Below are positions 48,501 through 61,170 of a stretch of DNA of 64,000 nt, piece after piece. The translations under genes were made by a program, and so were the position numbers. Origin of the DNA: Pocillopora damicornis (taxonomy: Eukaryota); NCBI RefSeq assembly GCF_003704095.1, contig NW_020844755.1, positions 62,001-126,000 on the forward strand. The letters run 5' to 3'. How positions within the stretch are numbered: position 1 is the stretch's first letter; each line of letters begins with the position of its first letter. The notes beneath the pieces were generated by a model. That model made no database searches, was not told the origin of the DNA, and saw nothing but the letters and a program-made list of their open reading frames with translations.

Positions 48501-50727
48501 TTAAACAAGAAAAAGATCTGGTCTGTCATCACAACCTTGGGATTCCACACTCTCTTTTGTCACATCATTGGGACAGTCAAGGAAAAACCATCTTTCTGTA
48601 AAAATTCCGAGTTTGTGTTTGATTAACTTCCAACAGCCAGCATCTTAGCTATTGATTATCACATAGCACTTATTTTTCTGCAGGTCAGGTCACTATTGAA
48701 GGAGTACTTGTACAGAAAGCTGACTGTCGGCCAATTCAGCCTAGTGCTGACTACCTGAGTTTGAAAAAGTAAGCACTTTTTCCACATGCATAGATGTGTG
48801 TGGTTAAACAGTTTAATTCCAACATTTGTGGTCCATAACTTTGTGGACAGAGTTACTATTGGCTCCTCGTGATTTTCCCTTTATTCTGATTGGCCACTGC
48901 AAGTAGTAACTTAATAGTTTCAAATTGTAACACTCAATCACTAAGAACTCCTACTAGAGGAAGAGGTTACCCACATGTTATTGTAACAAAAGAGTCCTGT
49001 ATAGTCATCATGCGTCATGATTGCAACATTGTTGTGCTATTTTTTTTACTTATTTACCAGGAGGACAATTGTTAATAAAAGTAAATCAGGACGGCAAGCC
49101 ATACAGGTTGACCGTGTTATTAAATATCGTCCAGTGTCTGACCACAAGGCTAATGTGAGTACTCTAATTTTTTTCAAAATTTCTTTTTAATCACAATGGT
49201 ATGCGTACACTTTGCAATACTAAACATGCTCATGATATACTAGAGTGAAAGAGTAAGAGTTGTATCTCAGGTTATCCTTGCAACTTGGAAACAAGTCTCA
49301 AATCACTTTTTTTTTTCCACTGATCAAATTTTTTATGCAATTTTCTCAGACTCACTTCCTTTTGGAAGAACTATTCAATTCAATGTTCTCCAGTCTGCCT
49401 ATTCAAAGTTCCCTTTCCTCACAGATTGAACACGAAAAGAAAAAGAAAGAAGAAGGAAAGAGAGCTCGAGAAGATGAAGATGTTGTCAAAGCGTTGCTTT
49501 TCAATGCATTTGAAAGACATCAATACTATAACTTGAAGGACCTCATAACTATCACAAAACAACCAGTGGTGAGTGACTAAAAACAAATTTCTCCTCACAA
49601 TACTCACACATTTTCAAGTAAAAGTCTCAAAACAAAAGTGATGAGAAATGCATGGAGAATAGTGTAGAGAATTGATATTTTAATCTGGGGAGTGAAAGGG
49701 TTCAAGACATTTTGGTCATTGAGGAATAATTATGGTATGAAACATGCAAAACAGTTTCCCACAAAGGCTCTGAGGGAAATTGGAAAGGGGGGTGGGAAGG
49801 GTGGGAAGGTAGGTCATTTGCGTCATTATTATGTTTTTGAACTCCTGATTTAGGTGTCAGGGATTGGTTGTTCAAAGCTTGGTTAGAATGACCCAAGGAT
49901 TGGTTTGAAATCTAATTTCAGATCTGAAAGTTTTAAGAAAAAAATTCAGCATAATTCCTCTTTTCTCTGGAATGTGATTATTGGATGCTCTAAACTGAAT
50001 GGAGAAAATTATCCCACAAAGGCTTTTGAGCAAAGGAATAGAGAAACCCAGATTAAAATCTGACCCTAGGTTAATGCTAATCAGCCTTCAAATAACTAGA
50101 CCCTGGAATCAATGATATGTCTTCATTACTTTGTTTTTATTAGAAGTATTTTTATTATTATCAATCAATGTCAGTATCTGAGTAACTCCACCCACCCCTC
50201 CCCCTCCCCTAACCCAACAACAGTCAACTGTTAACAGACAGAAGTTAATGTTGGTTTAAGGGGGGGGGGGGGGGGGGGGGGGTAGGTGGACACTCTCTCA
50301 AATAATGAAATTGATTCATCATCATCATTATTATTATTATTATTATTATCATCATTGTTATTATTACAATTTCGTTAATGACGTTCACTTTTTTTGTTCT
50401 GCTTTTTGTTATGGTTGGATGGTTTTTACCATCAGTAACACAAGTAACGTTGATTTTCATGTCTGAAGAATGTCTACCCCTTACTTAATCACAAGTGCAA
50501 ATATTTTGGAGATGACTTTTAACTCGGTTAAAAATTGTTCCTTGTTATTGATCTGACAAGAACCGATCTCCTTGTTCTTGTAGGCATATCTAAAGAGTAT
50601 ATTGAAAGAGATTGGACATTATAACACGAAAAATCCTCACAAAAATATGTGGGAGTTAAAGCCTGAGTACAGACATTACAGCAACAAGAACAGCGATGAT
50701 AATGGAAAGGAAGGAACAAGTTCGTAA
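45535..50727 (+). CDS. GTF2F2: General transcription factor IIF subunit 2 (RAP30), 9 exons
   Basis: 45535-45588 ...RAVWLVK + VPKYLS..W; 19-nt micro-exon ~46552-46570; EQSMGVFS; IEGVLVQKADCRP; YRPVSDH; EKKKKEEGKRAR...LFNAFERHQYYNLKDL..ITKQPV; AYLKSILKEIGHYNTKNPHKNMWELKPEYRHY. Confidence 0.96.
47583..47885 (+). mobile_element. tRNA-derived SINE, full length with target-site duplication
   Basis: A box TGGCCTCATGG, B box GAGTTCAAGCC, core ...GGCAAGACACTTTACTC...CACCCAGGTGTACAAATG, (CTTTA)-like tail; CTATGGTCAA at 47569-47578 and 47886-47895. A decayed core also lies near 5180-5290. Confidence 0.9.
50172..50302. repeat. Hairpin repeat with C-rich/G-rich arms, followed by (ATC/ATT)n microsatellite
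   Basis: ccacccacccctcccc...aacccaaca versus tgttggttta-G run-taggtgga. Confidence 0.65.
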
Positions 50728-51789
50728 ACAAATTTAGCCATTTAGACTCACGTGCAAGCGACAAGAGGTGAGGGCCCCAACAGCGTAGATGCAACGGGAT
50801 CTGAAAAAAGCTCAAGAGACATCTGAAGTATGGGTAGTTGTTTTCCGTTGCAGGCCTCGTCTACGCAGTGTTTATATTTTAAAAGGGAACACAAGTTTTC
50901 CGTTTTCACAGGAAAACGGATTTTTAAAACGTTATTGTCAACTCTTCAGTGAGCCCACCGGCGGCTCGAACGCTTGAATGTACCTTCGAGCATGCCCACA
51001 ACGATCATCTAATTCTCCCGGGAATCATTACAAAGAGCAGGGACTTTCGTAATTTCAGAACGTGCCGTTTTCAGTGGATAATTTGTCCAGTTTAGTCTAG
51101 GCAATACGGCCAACCGAATAAAAATAAAGGTGTGTTTTCAGATGTTTTAATTGCAGCGGACTTCAACGACATCGTATCCAATAGAAGAAAGAGGGAAAGT
51201 TTCTGTGGTGCTGTGTCGGTGGGGGGGTTTATTTAATTTTATTAAGTGACTTGATAATTAAAACTGGCCAAGAGTTGGTAAAGAGTTTCTAAAGCTGAAG
51301 TTTTGAGCGATTTCTGCTCGTCAGAGTGAATGATTGCATCCATAGATTCACTTTGCGAATATCTCCCATTATATTTTAGACAGCCTTATAATCAGTGCCT
51401 CTTGAGCGCACGTCTAGTTGACTCGCTTTCTCGCCTAAAATGTTGCTTTACCTTCTAGAAAGCGTTTGACAAATGACTCTCGATTCTGATCCACGTTGAT
51501 GAAGGATTCTCAATGCCTTGTTGTTTTGATATTGTGTTACAACTGTGTACAAATTATGTACACTGCGAATTGTGGATCACTTTGCTAAGATAGTCAAACT
51601 CTTACAAGGAAACAAAGTTCGAATTACAATGACCACAATTGGTGAAAAAGGTTAAAATATTTTAAATCAATTACCTTGACTTCATTGTAAAGTGTCTAAT
51701 GACACAAATTATCGATAAATTCACAGTTTTACACAGCTTTAGTTAGTACTACTTTTAAATATACGACTTAACTACTAGAACAACAGTAA

Positions 51790-52621
51790 CGGACTCCTCT
51801 ATTGTCTGTCTCATTTCATCTTTCAGCAGTAAATCTAGAGGAACGGGTTTAGACTTGAATTTAGGAACGCAAGGGATGCGTTGCATCTTAAAGCAACCTT
51901 ACCTGATACGTCACTGAGGGAGAAAAGAAATACTAAAGGTCTCACTAAAGCTTGTGGAAGATAACAGACGACCATAATATGTAGACTGACGGTGCTGCAC
52001 ATACAGTTCTAAAGTACTTTGCTATGTTAAGTAGAGTTCCAACTTCGTTCGCTACTCTTGAAGATTACCTTGTATGTGAACTTAATGACTGCAAAGGTTT
52101 AGAAAGATCTTTATGTAGCAACAAGCCCATATTGTTCAACAGATTATGACATTTAGAGGTACAACTTTTGAAACCACTATGAAATTTTTTTCTGTCCGAA
52201 TGCTATCCATAAGAGATAAAGCCGCCCATAGGAACCAAAAACTGCGTGAAACTTTACTGACTCGCCTCAGTGTTACAGCCTGTCTGTGTCGCAGGCCAAG
52301 CGAGAAGTCTGCCCACGCTAATTGCGGTAACTGTCATTAAGGACACCCCACTGAAAACTTAAGCTGTGAGGCGTTCTGATCTTTGAATTTTGGTTAACAT
52401 TTGCATCTGTTCGTTTATGTGGGAAGTTAACATGGCGGCAAACATAAGCTAAGTAATGAGCATGATGGCGGATGAAGGGAAGACTCCTTGTGAGGAGCAA
52501 TGAGGACCAGGACCTTTCCTAACGACGTAGGGATGAACAGGAAAAAGTTCAGCGCTGCCGAAGATATAACGTGGCCTTGCAAGTCATATACATCAGGAGA
52601 AAATATATTACGCCCTCGCAC
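51790..52621 (-). pseudogene. Rhodopsin-class GPCR pseudogene (near full length)
   Basis: Ordered remnants [32 protein letters not shown] (TM1), GVSLMTVTAISVGRLLA (TM3, DR motif), LGLRHRQAVTLRR, CYIKIF, LNIAKYFRTV, VVCYLPQAL (TM6), FLNSSLNPFL (TM7), with frameshifts and stops. Confidence 0.85.
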
Positions 52622-52699
52622 AGCATGTGCTCTTCATTTCTAGAGGGGTTCGTCTTTCTCGCAGTCTCAAAATAGTAAATTTTACAAGGTTTTGTTATT

Positions 52700-53045
52700 C
52701 AGTGCTGCAAATAAAGTTTTTTAGTATTTTGCTATGTTTAGAAACACCTCTTGCGTTTGGCTCTCCTGGTTTAGGCTGGCTTTGTCTAACAGCTTGATAA
52801 TGGCTGAGGCGAAACAGATTCTCGTGTAAGTATAAGCAGAATTAAATTATCAAGTAGAGAGCGGTTACCATTGTCATTACGACTCCAAAGACGAATTCCC
52901 ACAGGCGTCACCTCCACTCAATAACCAACAGCAGCTCAAAACTGCACCAACTCGCCTCATTGTCACAACTTGTTTGTACCTCAGGCCCAGCAACAGAACT
53001 AGAGGTCAGCCGACACTTACTGCGGTTGCTGTCATTAGAGATAAT
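52700..53045 (-). pseudogene. Second GPCR pseudogene fragment (TM3 to third intracellular loop)
   Basis: SLMTATAVSVG*PLVLLLGLRYKQVVTMRRVGAVLSCCWLLS, then YTRI and LNIAKY*KTL. Confidence 0.8.
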
Positions 53046-54377
53046 GTAAAGAGTGAATGTAAAACATCCGTAAGGGTCATATAGTAGTTTACCAAAGGCT
53101 GCCAGGTAGGCTGACTTATAGAGCGCGCTATATGTGTATACTGAGATGGTTGTGTAAATTTTCATTTGCATTTGTTATCATGACACTCGTCGCACGTCTC
53201 TCCCCAATTATAGTCATTACAGTTTCCCGAACCTCTCACAGTCCGGTATTCTGGGGGCTCCGCTTACGTTTCGAGGAAGTACTCGTCATTGCTTTGCGTT
53301 TTTGACAACATTTAGTCTCAGTCACCTTGATGATCCAACCGGTTTCGGAGCTTTTAGAGCTATGCAATTAAATTCGTTCTTTTCCTATGCATATCGTGCA
53401 AATCATAAGGGTAACGTCTTTTTAGCTAAATTTGAATTATTTTCGAGAAATTAGTCTCTAATAACATGGTCTGGTTGACTGAGTAGGAGGGCTGGACGAG
53501 GGAGCATTTGGCTGAGGGTCATGACGTACGGACTGAGCGCTGCGAGGTATGTGCATCATCATGATGAACGAGAGCCAAATATTTAATACGACACTATAGA
53601 GCAGCGCAGGCCAACCACAAAAAAGATTCCACAAGAAAAGAAAACTTTTCCTTTTATTTTTCCGAGTCAAACCACGAAACTCACTATTCGTCGAAAAACG
53701 TGACTTTTCAGTTTTCTTACGTCTGTTATCCTTCACGTTTTTCTTCTTTTAGCAACAAAGCCGTACGAGTGCAGGACCAAAGAGCTTTTTCCGGACTAAT
53801 TACCGAAGATATATCAATTATAACCAGGATGAGGACAACAGCGATCACAAGGAAAGTAGAAATGAAATCAGGTAACTTTATTTGGTATTACCAACTGAGT
53901 TAATTTTCCCTTCGCATTCCCTTTGATGTGAATCAGTGAAAGTCTCAGTAGATAGCTAGTCAAATGAATACTCTTTTCAGATCGATAAATTTATTGTTAT
54001 GTTTCATGTTAAAATGTTGCCACAAGTCCACCTTCCAGGAAATTCATCGATTTGCGAACATGAGAGAATACTATGTTTAAAAAACGTATCTCAGTACCAC
54101 TTTATGTTACCAATAACAACATGAACTCAACTTTAAACTTAAGAGAAAACTTGCTTGATTTTTGGAATGAATTTCTCTAATTTACAAATGAATTCCAGGC
54201 TTTTTTTCTAGGCTTCTACAAATATCTTCATCGACACATTTTAAGTCTCTCCTCATTTTCAAGTTTGAGATATGATATCATGCTTCTACAGCTTGTCTTC
54301 GATTATGATAAAGTTTGGACATAGCGCGCACTATCACTGGTTGAAAGAGCGCGCTCTATCAGAGTACAAAATACGAA

Positions 54378-54810
54378 TAATTTAGTTTTATAAACTGAGT
54401 TAATAACTTAAATTGGCCACCGTAAAGAGTTACAAAGCTGACGTTTCGAGCGTTAGCCCTTCGTTAGAGCAAATAGAAGAATTGTGGGTTGTGTGTGTGT
54501 TTATATGCAGAAAACGGAGCTACGCTATTGGTGGGAGTATGGCGACCAGAAAACAAAAATAAATTAGTTGAATGATAAGCGCTCGTTGATACCGTAGGGA
54601 TTTAGAGTATTAATTTGAAAGATAAAGTTTTGTTTTAGAGTTTTGCGGCTTTCCGAACTGCCTAGATGTAGGGAAAGGCCGCAAACTACCATATGCTGCA
54701 CAGAATGATTAGGGAGATTAAAGAGTCTAGCGACTGGTTTGGATGCGTTCTTGTCATTTCTTTCTACGTCGCGAAGGTGTCCTCGGAATCGGTCACCTAG
54801 TCTTCCTGTG
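54378..54810 (-). mobile_element. 5'-truncated Penelope-like retroelement: GIY-YIG endonuclease C-terminus plus 3' terminal repeat
   Basis: 54809-54564 reads TGRLGDRFRGHLRDVERNDKNASKPVARLFNLPNHS...ESRKTLKQNFIFQINTLNPYGINERLSFN*, followed by the hammerhead-like repeat (CTAACGAAGGGCTAACGCTCGAAACGTCAGC). Confidence 0.9.
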
Positions 54811-55360
54811 GTTCATTCCCATGGTCTGATGCGAGTCCCTTGAGAGCCGTATTTTTGATATGGAGTTATTTATCGTTATAGGTTATAAACTGTGAATATC
54901 TTAACTGCACCCTTTTGGCTGACTGGAGGATGAGAACGAGGGTAGAGGCTGCAGTCCACGGATTTCTCAGACAAGCATCGTCAAGAAAGGCCCCAACTTT
55001 GCTCTCCAGCAATTTCAACGTACCCTTGAGAAATCTGACAGGAAAGCAGCCGACGTAGGTAGAGGAAAAAAAGACGACTGACACGGTGATCAAGAAAGCA
55101 TAACCTTTCATACTACAATTCATTATATATTGATTTCAAAATATTGCTAATCCACCCCTCTTAAGCCAAAATAGAACGATTGGTTGGTGCACACCGATTC
55201 GACGTTTCATTCCCACTACATCGAGGTTGTTACGTCATCGGCCATGTGGGCTTTAGCGCCGTTTTGCAATTATGAAATTCTCATTTTGCTTAACGTAGCG
55301 TTTCGGAAAGACTTACTCTTGAAGACGCCCAAAGATTCTCCTTGTGTTACAGGATAAGAT

Positions 55361-55858
55361 ATGTCTTGGCAAGCTTACGTGGACACCAACCTAATCGGTA
55401 CAGGAAAAGTTCAGAGAGCAGCCATATTTGGCCACGACGGTTCGTGCTGGGCTACCAGCGAGGGATTCTCGGTAAGTGGTTATAACAAAAGAGCCTTAGA
55501 GGAGCTATGAAACAGAAACTGACTGAAAACGTCAAGCTTAATTGATTGTTCATCGATTATCTAACAAATGTGAAAATATCTTTGGTAGGTATCTCAGGCG
55601 GAAGCACAAGAGATAAAGATCCTAAACGATGGTAGTGTCGCGGGCAAGTTCGTTGCTGGAACGAAATACATGATGCTGCGCAACGACGCGGCAAATAAAA
55701 CAGCTTACTTGAAAGAGGAAAACGTAGGAGGCTTTACCACTTGTTTGACCAAACAGTCCTTAGTTATTGGTGGCTATGATGAAAGTGCTGGTGGTGCTGG
55801 AAATTGCAAAACAGTTGTGGAAGGCTTTGCACAATATCTAAAAGAGTCAGGATATTAA
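55361..55858 (+). CDS. Profilin (tandem copy A), 2 exons, 126 aa
   Basis: 55361-55471 MSWQAYVDTNLIGTGKVQRAAIFGHDGSCWATSEGFS joined to 55589-55858 ...GTKYMMLR...YLKESGY*. Confidence 0.95.
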
Positions 55859-56687
55859 ATGTTTGAATACCTTAAAACACAATCTAAGGCGTGGAACACT
55901 AATAGCACTATTTTGAGATAGTATTTCTATCCCGAACTCCTTAGTCCGGAGATTTGCACTTTCCTTAAGCGTATTAGAATATAATCAGTATTTCTTCTTT
56001 CGGTAAGAGGAGGATTGCCACAGACAAGGAAAATAAAAAAAAACACAGTAGACTACCCATGCAAGTATTATTGTTTTTTTTTTTGTTTGGCAATGGCAAT
56101 CGAGAGATAACTGAAATTCCCCGCGAGGTAGATCAGGAGTAGACTATAATAGCAACGAGACGAATATGACGGCTGAAACTTCTAGGCATTATTTTCGCTT
56201 GTTTCGTTCCGTTTTGCAGTTTCGGGTTTCAGAACTGCCGAGAATTTCGTGGAAAATTGAATAACAGTGGCATTTTTCTCCATGTAATTTTTCTAAATTG
56301 ATGGGGTAGGATTATATATATCGTAAACTTTTTTGGTTGTCTACTGGGAAATGTCATGTAACGGGGCAAAGCCTAATCACTAGTGACAAGTACCCACGTA
56401 CGCACGGACGACGGTCAAATGCCGGGGGGGGGGGGTATATTGAAACTTCAAATTGTTCGGCGCATAATAGGATTGGTAATTAGAGTAGTTATCTCAGCGA
56501 CCAATCAGAACATAGGTGAAAACGCAAATAGCTTAGTCGCGACTGTTTCTAGTCTTGCATCTGATTGGGTAATTTAGTATTATCAACTGGGTTGATAAAG
56601 TAAATTGGCCACCGTAATGATTTTCCAACGTTGGCCCCTCCTTAGAGGCAATGGAGGAATTGTGCATGAGGTGTGTTTGTGTTTAAT

Positions 56688-56830
56688 CAGTGACTGCAAG
56701 GCAACGTTACAGCAACTTAAATGGCGGATGAAGGGAAGACTCCTTGGGAAGCAAGACCAGGATGATGAAATTTCCCACAGATGCAGGGACGGATAGAAAA
56801 CTGTTTAAAGCAGCGAGAGCTCTACTGTGG
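56688..56830 (-). pseudogene. Third GPCR pseudogene fragment (TM1-TM2)
   Basis: [43 protein letters not shown], ending where a Penelope remnant begins. Confidence 0.82.
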
Positions 56831-57631
56831 TAAAGTCCACGTACATCGTAATTTGTACGTCTTAATTTGCAAATGAGGGTTGCAGAGATCACCAGAGAAT
56901 ATTGGACCCGGAATCTAACAACTCTTTGGACTACCTTATTCCAACCAAACATCGGGGTAAAATAACAATTACAGCAGTCAACTGTCAAAAAAAAATTGTC
57001 AAAAAAGAGAAAGCTACTTACAATTCTTTAAGGCGTTATTCCCGAGTCACGAGATTTTCCCTTGTATTTTGGTAAGGAAAACGTTTCTGACAATAAACAA
57101 CGGCAGCTGAGAAAGATTGTTTTCCTTCCTCTCGTGCCCCGTCTCTCGGCGTCTTCTAGCAATGATCGACTTACCTAATAAAGGGGAACGAGGATTCCCG
57201 CCTTAACTCGAGTTAACTTCGTATTTGAAGAGTGCAAAACACATTGGACCACACGGACGAGTGGCTTGGGAACTAGGCTAACTTTGAACTCGACATGATA
57301 AATGCATAAAAATGCATAAAACGCCGAAGATANNNNNNNNNNNNNNNNNNNNNNNNNNNNNNNNNNNNNNNNNNNNNNNNNNNNNNNNNNNNNNNNNNNN
57401 NNNNNNNNNNNNNNNNNNNNNNNNNNNNNNNNATAAATATTCATAGAATGCTCTCGATTAATCAGATTTTTCCATTTCTTTCCCATCACATGAATGCGAG
57501 GTTCTTACGTCACTAGCATGTGAACGTCAGCTTTCTACAAATTTGAATTCTCCATTTTGGATTGCAGAGCTTTCGTAACGATTGACTGTTGAAACCGTAC
57601 ACCGATTTTTTTCCTGGTTATTGGATGAAAC

Positions 57632-58118
57632 ATGTCCTGGCAAAGTTACGTGGACAACAGCCTCGTGGGTACAGGAAAAGTTCAGAAGGCAGCCATATTT
57701 GGCTTAGACGGTTCGCCTTGGGCTAGCAGCCCTGGATTCTCGGTAAGAAATCTGGTGAAATAAAAAGAGCAGAAATAGATTCAAAATCTCAAGCTTCAGT
57801 GATAACTTAACAGTTTTCTTACAGATGTGAAAATATGTTTGATAGGTATCTCAGCCAGAAGCGCAAGAGATGATAAAGAGCCTTAAGGATGGTAGCGTCT
57901 CAGGCAAGAACATTGCTGGAACGAAATACATGATGCTGCGGAACGACAAGGACAAGAAAGCGGCGTACTTGAAAATGAAAGACAAAGGAGGCTTTTGCGC
58001 GTGTTTGACCAACAAGGCTCTCATTCTTGGTGGCTACGATGAAAGTGCTGGCGGTGCTGGAAATTGCAATCAGTGTGTGGAAACCGTAGCAGAACATCTC
58101 ATTGCTTCAGGATTTTAA
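57632..58118 (+). CDS. Profilin (tandem copy B), 2 exons, 127 aa
   Basis: 57632-57742 MSWQSYVDNSLVGTGKVQKAAIFGLDGSPWASSPGFS joined to 57846-58118 ...GTKYMMLR...HLIASGF*. Confidence 0.95.
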
Positions 58119-59519
58119 TGTTTGAGTAGAACCTTAAAACACAATCTAAGGCAAAGAACACATATAGTGGTATTTGGTAATGGTTTTTGTTCCTATGACC
58201 TTAGCTCAGAGATTTACACACCTTTAAGCAAGATGTTTAGAACAATTTTCTCTAGAAGCACTGTAAGTTTTCATGTTCCGTTTAAGACGTTTTCATTTGT
58301 TTAACGGATAGATTGTGCTAACTGTTGGCTAAAGCTTTGAAAGAAGTAAAGCTTTCTGATGTATGAATCTCTACTTGTTTTGCCTAGTAATATTTCACGG
58401 GAGAGTCAATTTCTGTGACTCAATTTCGTCTATAACGAAGTTTACCAGCGGATTTTTAAATTTCCCATCTTTAGTCTCAAGTGCAATGTTGATAACGATT
58501 CGTTTCAACTTACCCGAATCAAAAGTTCTTCAATCAAACCATACCCAGAACGGGTTCAAACTGGGGTTGTGCGTTTCCAAGAGCATCCATTTTTCTCATG
58601 GGGAAAGATTCACACAGATCGTGGAAAACCCTTCAATTCATGGAATCCTGCAAAGTGCTAATTGGGCCTGGAAAGTCTTGAAATTTGGAAACGAGTTACA
58701 GGAAGTCAGATAAGGTGAATAAAGGTCATACTCTTTCAAGAACGAAAGAGAAAAAAAATGCTGTAATCTTAAAATCATTATCACTTCAATTTGAAAACAA
58801 CTTTTCAGTCATAGGTTATGGAAATCTCATTAGTCAAGAAAGTTTTGGAATTCATGGTCTTGACAGAGTAGAAACTTCATAAGACTTTCTTTTTGAATCA
58901 CAGGTGAGCCAGCTTCCTTGACTCCCTCCTAGCCCAACCATTAGTTTAGCCAGCTCTGTTTGCTGTTCCAAAGTTACCTAAGACTGATGTGTTGTGCCTG
59001 AAGACAAAACACCTTATTTATAACGCTTCCTCAATATGCTTACCAAAAGATTGGAAAGCTCTTTAACATGTCAGAATCTGAGGGTCTTTGACCACACCCA
59101 AGAGACATGGGTTTGTTAGCCTGGATTAAAGTCACAACAGCCTAAGGTTGATGAATACTAAATTCCTTTTCATAGTAGCAATAAAGGCATCCAGGACAGT
59201 AGAATTTTGATGTCAGGTATGGTGAATATTTGGTGCAACTCCTTGGAAATGGACCATGTTAAGCAAAACATCTAGTGCAGATTACCTTGCTGGTTCTTTA
59301 GCAAATTTTAACTTCCTGTGCCAATTTCTCCAAGTTTCATTGACAGTTAGCAGATCCTAATGTTATAACTTTGGACAGGGGATATAGTAAGATCAGTATT
59401 TTTCACAAGAAAACATTTTTGACCCATGCACATACATAAAGTTCGGAATCCTCAAATGAGACATGAACTGTAATTCCACTAAAAAGGCAGTTGCATAGAA
59501 AACCAAGAATAGTATTAGT

Positions 59520-59780
59520 AGATGACTAAACATGAATGGATGGTTCTCTTATTTCAATCATTCACCACTGTGAATATGCACTTGTAATCAAAACAGAACC
59601 AGGAGTAGTGTTCAAAGATGACTAAACATGAATGGATGGTTCTTTTATTTCAATCATTCACCACTGTGAATATGCACTTGTAATCAAAACAGAACCAGGA
59701 GTAGTGTTCCAAGATGACTAAACATGAATGGACGGTTCTTTTGTTTCAATCATTTACCACTGTGAATATGCACTTGTAAT
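59520..59780. repeat. 96 bp tandem repeat, ~2.7 copies, followed by an A run
   Basis: gatgactaaacatgaatgga begins at 59521, 59617 and 59713. Confidence 0.92.
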
Positions 59781-61170
59781 TAAAAAAAAAAAAAAAAAAG
59801 GCATTTATAATAAGGAACTACTCTAAACATAATTCGGTACAAGTACATGTGTTAAATTAAAATTTTCAAGGTAATAAATTCCTCTTAATTATATACAACA
59901 ACTTAAGGACTTCAGTTCATGGGAAGCAAATTCAATTGAGAAGTTCAATGCAATGTTTTGTGTTATCTTCAGGCAACTTTAAAATGAATGATTACATAAA
60001 GTCCATTGATTAAATGCTTAAATCTTCTAAGCTTATCTACAAATATGCACATACACAAATTGACAGGTGTCAATACAAGTTGAAATATCTCATATAAATC
60101 TATATCCTCACTCCTACAACAGTCCGAGAACAATTCCTTCTGTGTTTGAAATTATGTCTTGCAGGAAAGAAAAAGCTGCTATCAAACCATAACAGATTAA
60201 TGCACAAGTACTGTCATATTCTTTGGTTAAAGTGAAACAAGAAATCAAACATTGGTTGCCCTATGTCAAGTTTAATTTCTAAAAATTAAGCAGTTCATTA
60301 AACCAATTCTGCTCTATCCTCTTTTTTTGAATATAATAAAATGTAAGTACATAAAATCAAATATTTGATTTCTTAGTCATTCTCGAGCAGGAGAATAGAA
60401 TACCAAAGCCAGTTGTGACTTATTCTATTCCTGGCATCAGTGCAGTTCTAAGCAAAAAGTTATTTAGATAAACAAGCTCCTACTGATTAGTATCAGTCTA
60501 CCAGTGGAAAAAAAACTATTGAAAATGTTTGCACATAAGATTACATTAAAACAGGAACATATGTAACCCCCTTTTTTAAACAGCTTAGTTAAATTCACAA
60601 TCACAAAAACTAACATAACAAGGTAACAGCTCTGAGTGGGAAAACTAGTTTGAGTTTTGCTGAGGTCTTATTTACATTCAGAGATACTAAGAGCAAGTCC
60701 TAACTTAACATGTAACCTCTCCCTTCAATATCCATACATTATGCAGAGAATGGGTAATGAGAATACTCAAACCTATCAGGAAGCTGTTATCTTAATCTGA
60801 TACCAAATTCCCATAACTAATTTTCCAGAAAAATTTCATTTGCTAGAAGGGAGCATTAACAATTGGATCTCAGGAGTTAAAGGGTTAAAATAAGAAATAA
60901 CATGTTGCATGCCAGTGGATAGACATCTGAATCAAACAACCACATACAACTTGATGTACCTACCAACTACAATTGCTTATAGAAGAAAGTAAGATTTTGT
61001 AGATCAGTCTTGCCTTGCAATTTCATTGTTTGAAACTTTCAGCTCACATTCACCTCACAAGCAGGATTCAACATGAAGATCCTGTTTGTTGATTTATCGA
61101 TGGTTATTCAAAAAGAGTTCAGAAAAAGTAAATGTACACTCAGTCTGGTTTCTCTATGAGCTGTTTATGA

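Noticed and set aside
53750-53871. Plus-strand exon-like unit (ttag...ATCAG|gtaact)
   Set aside because: No recognisable product, and the apparent donor coincides with the end of a Penelope arm fragment (ggtaactttatttggtattaccaactgagt).
59520-59780. CRISPR-like array
   Set aside because: Whole units repeat with no unique spacers, no cas genes, and the context is eukaryotic.
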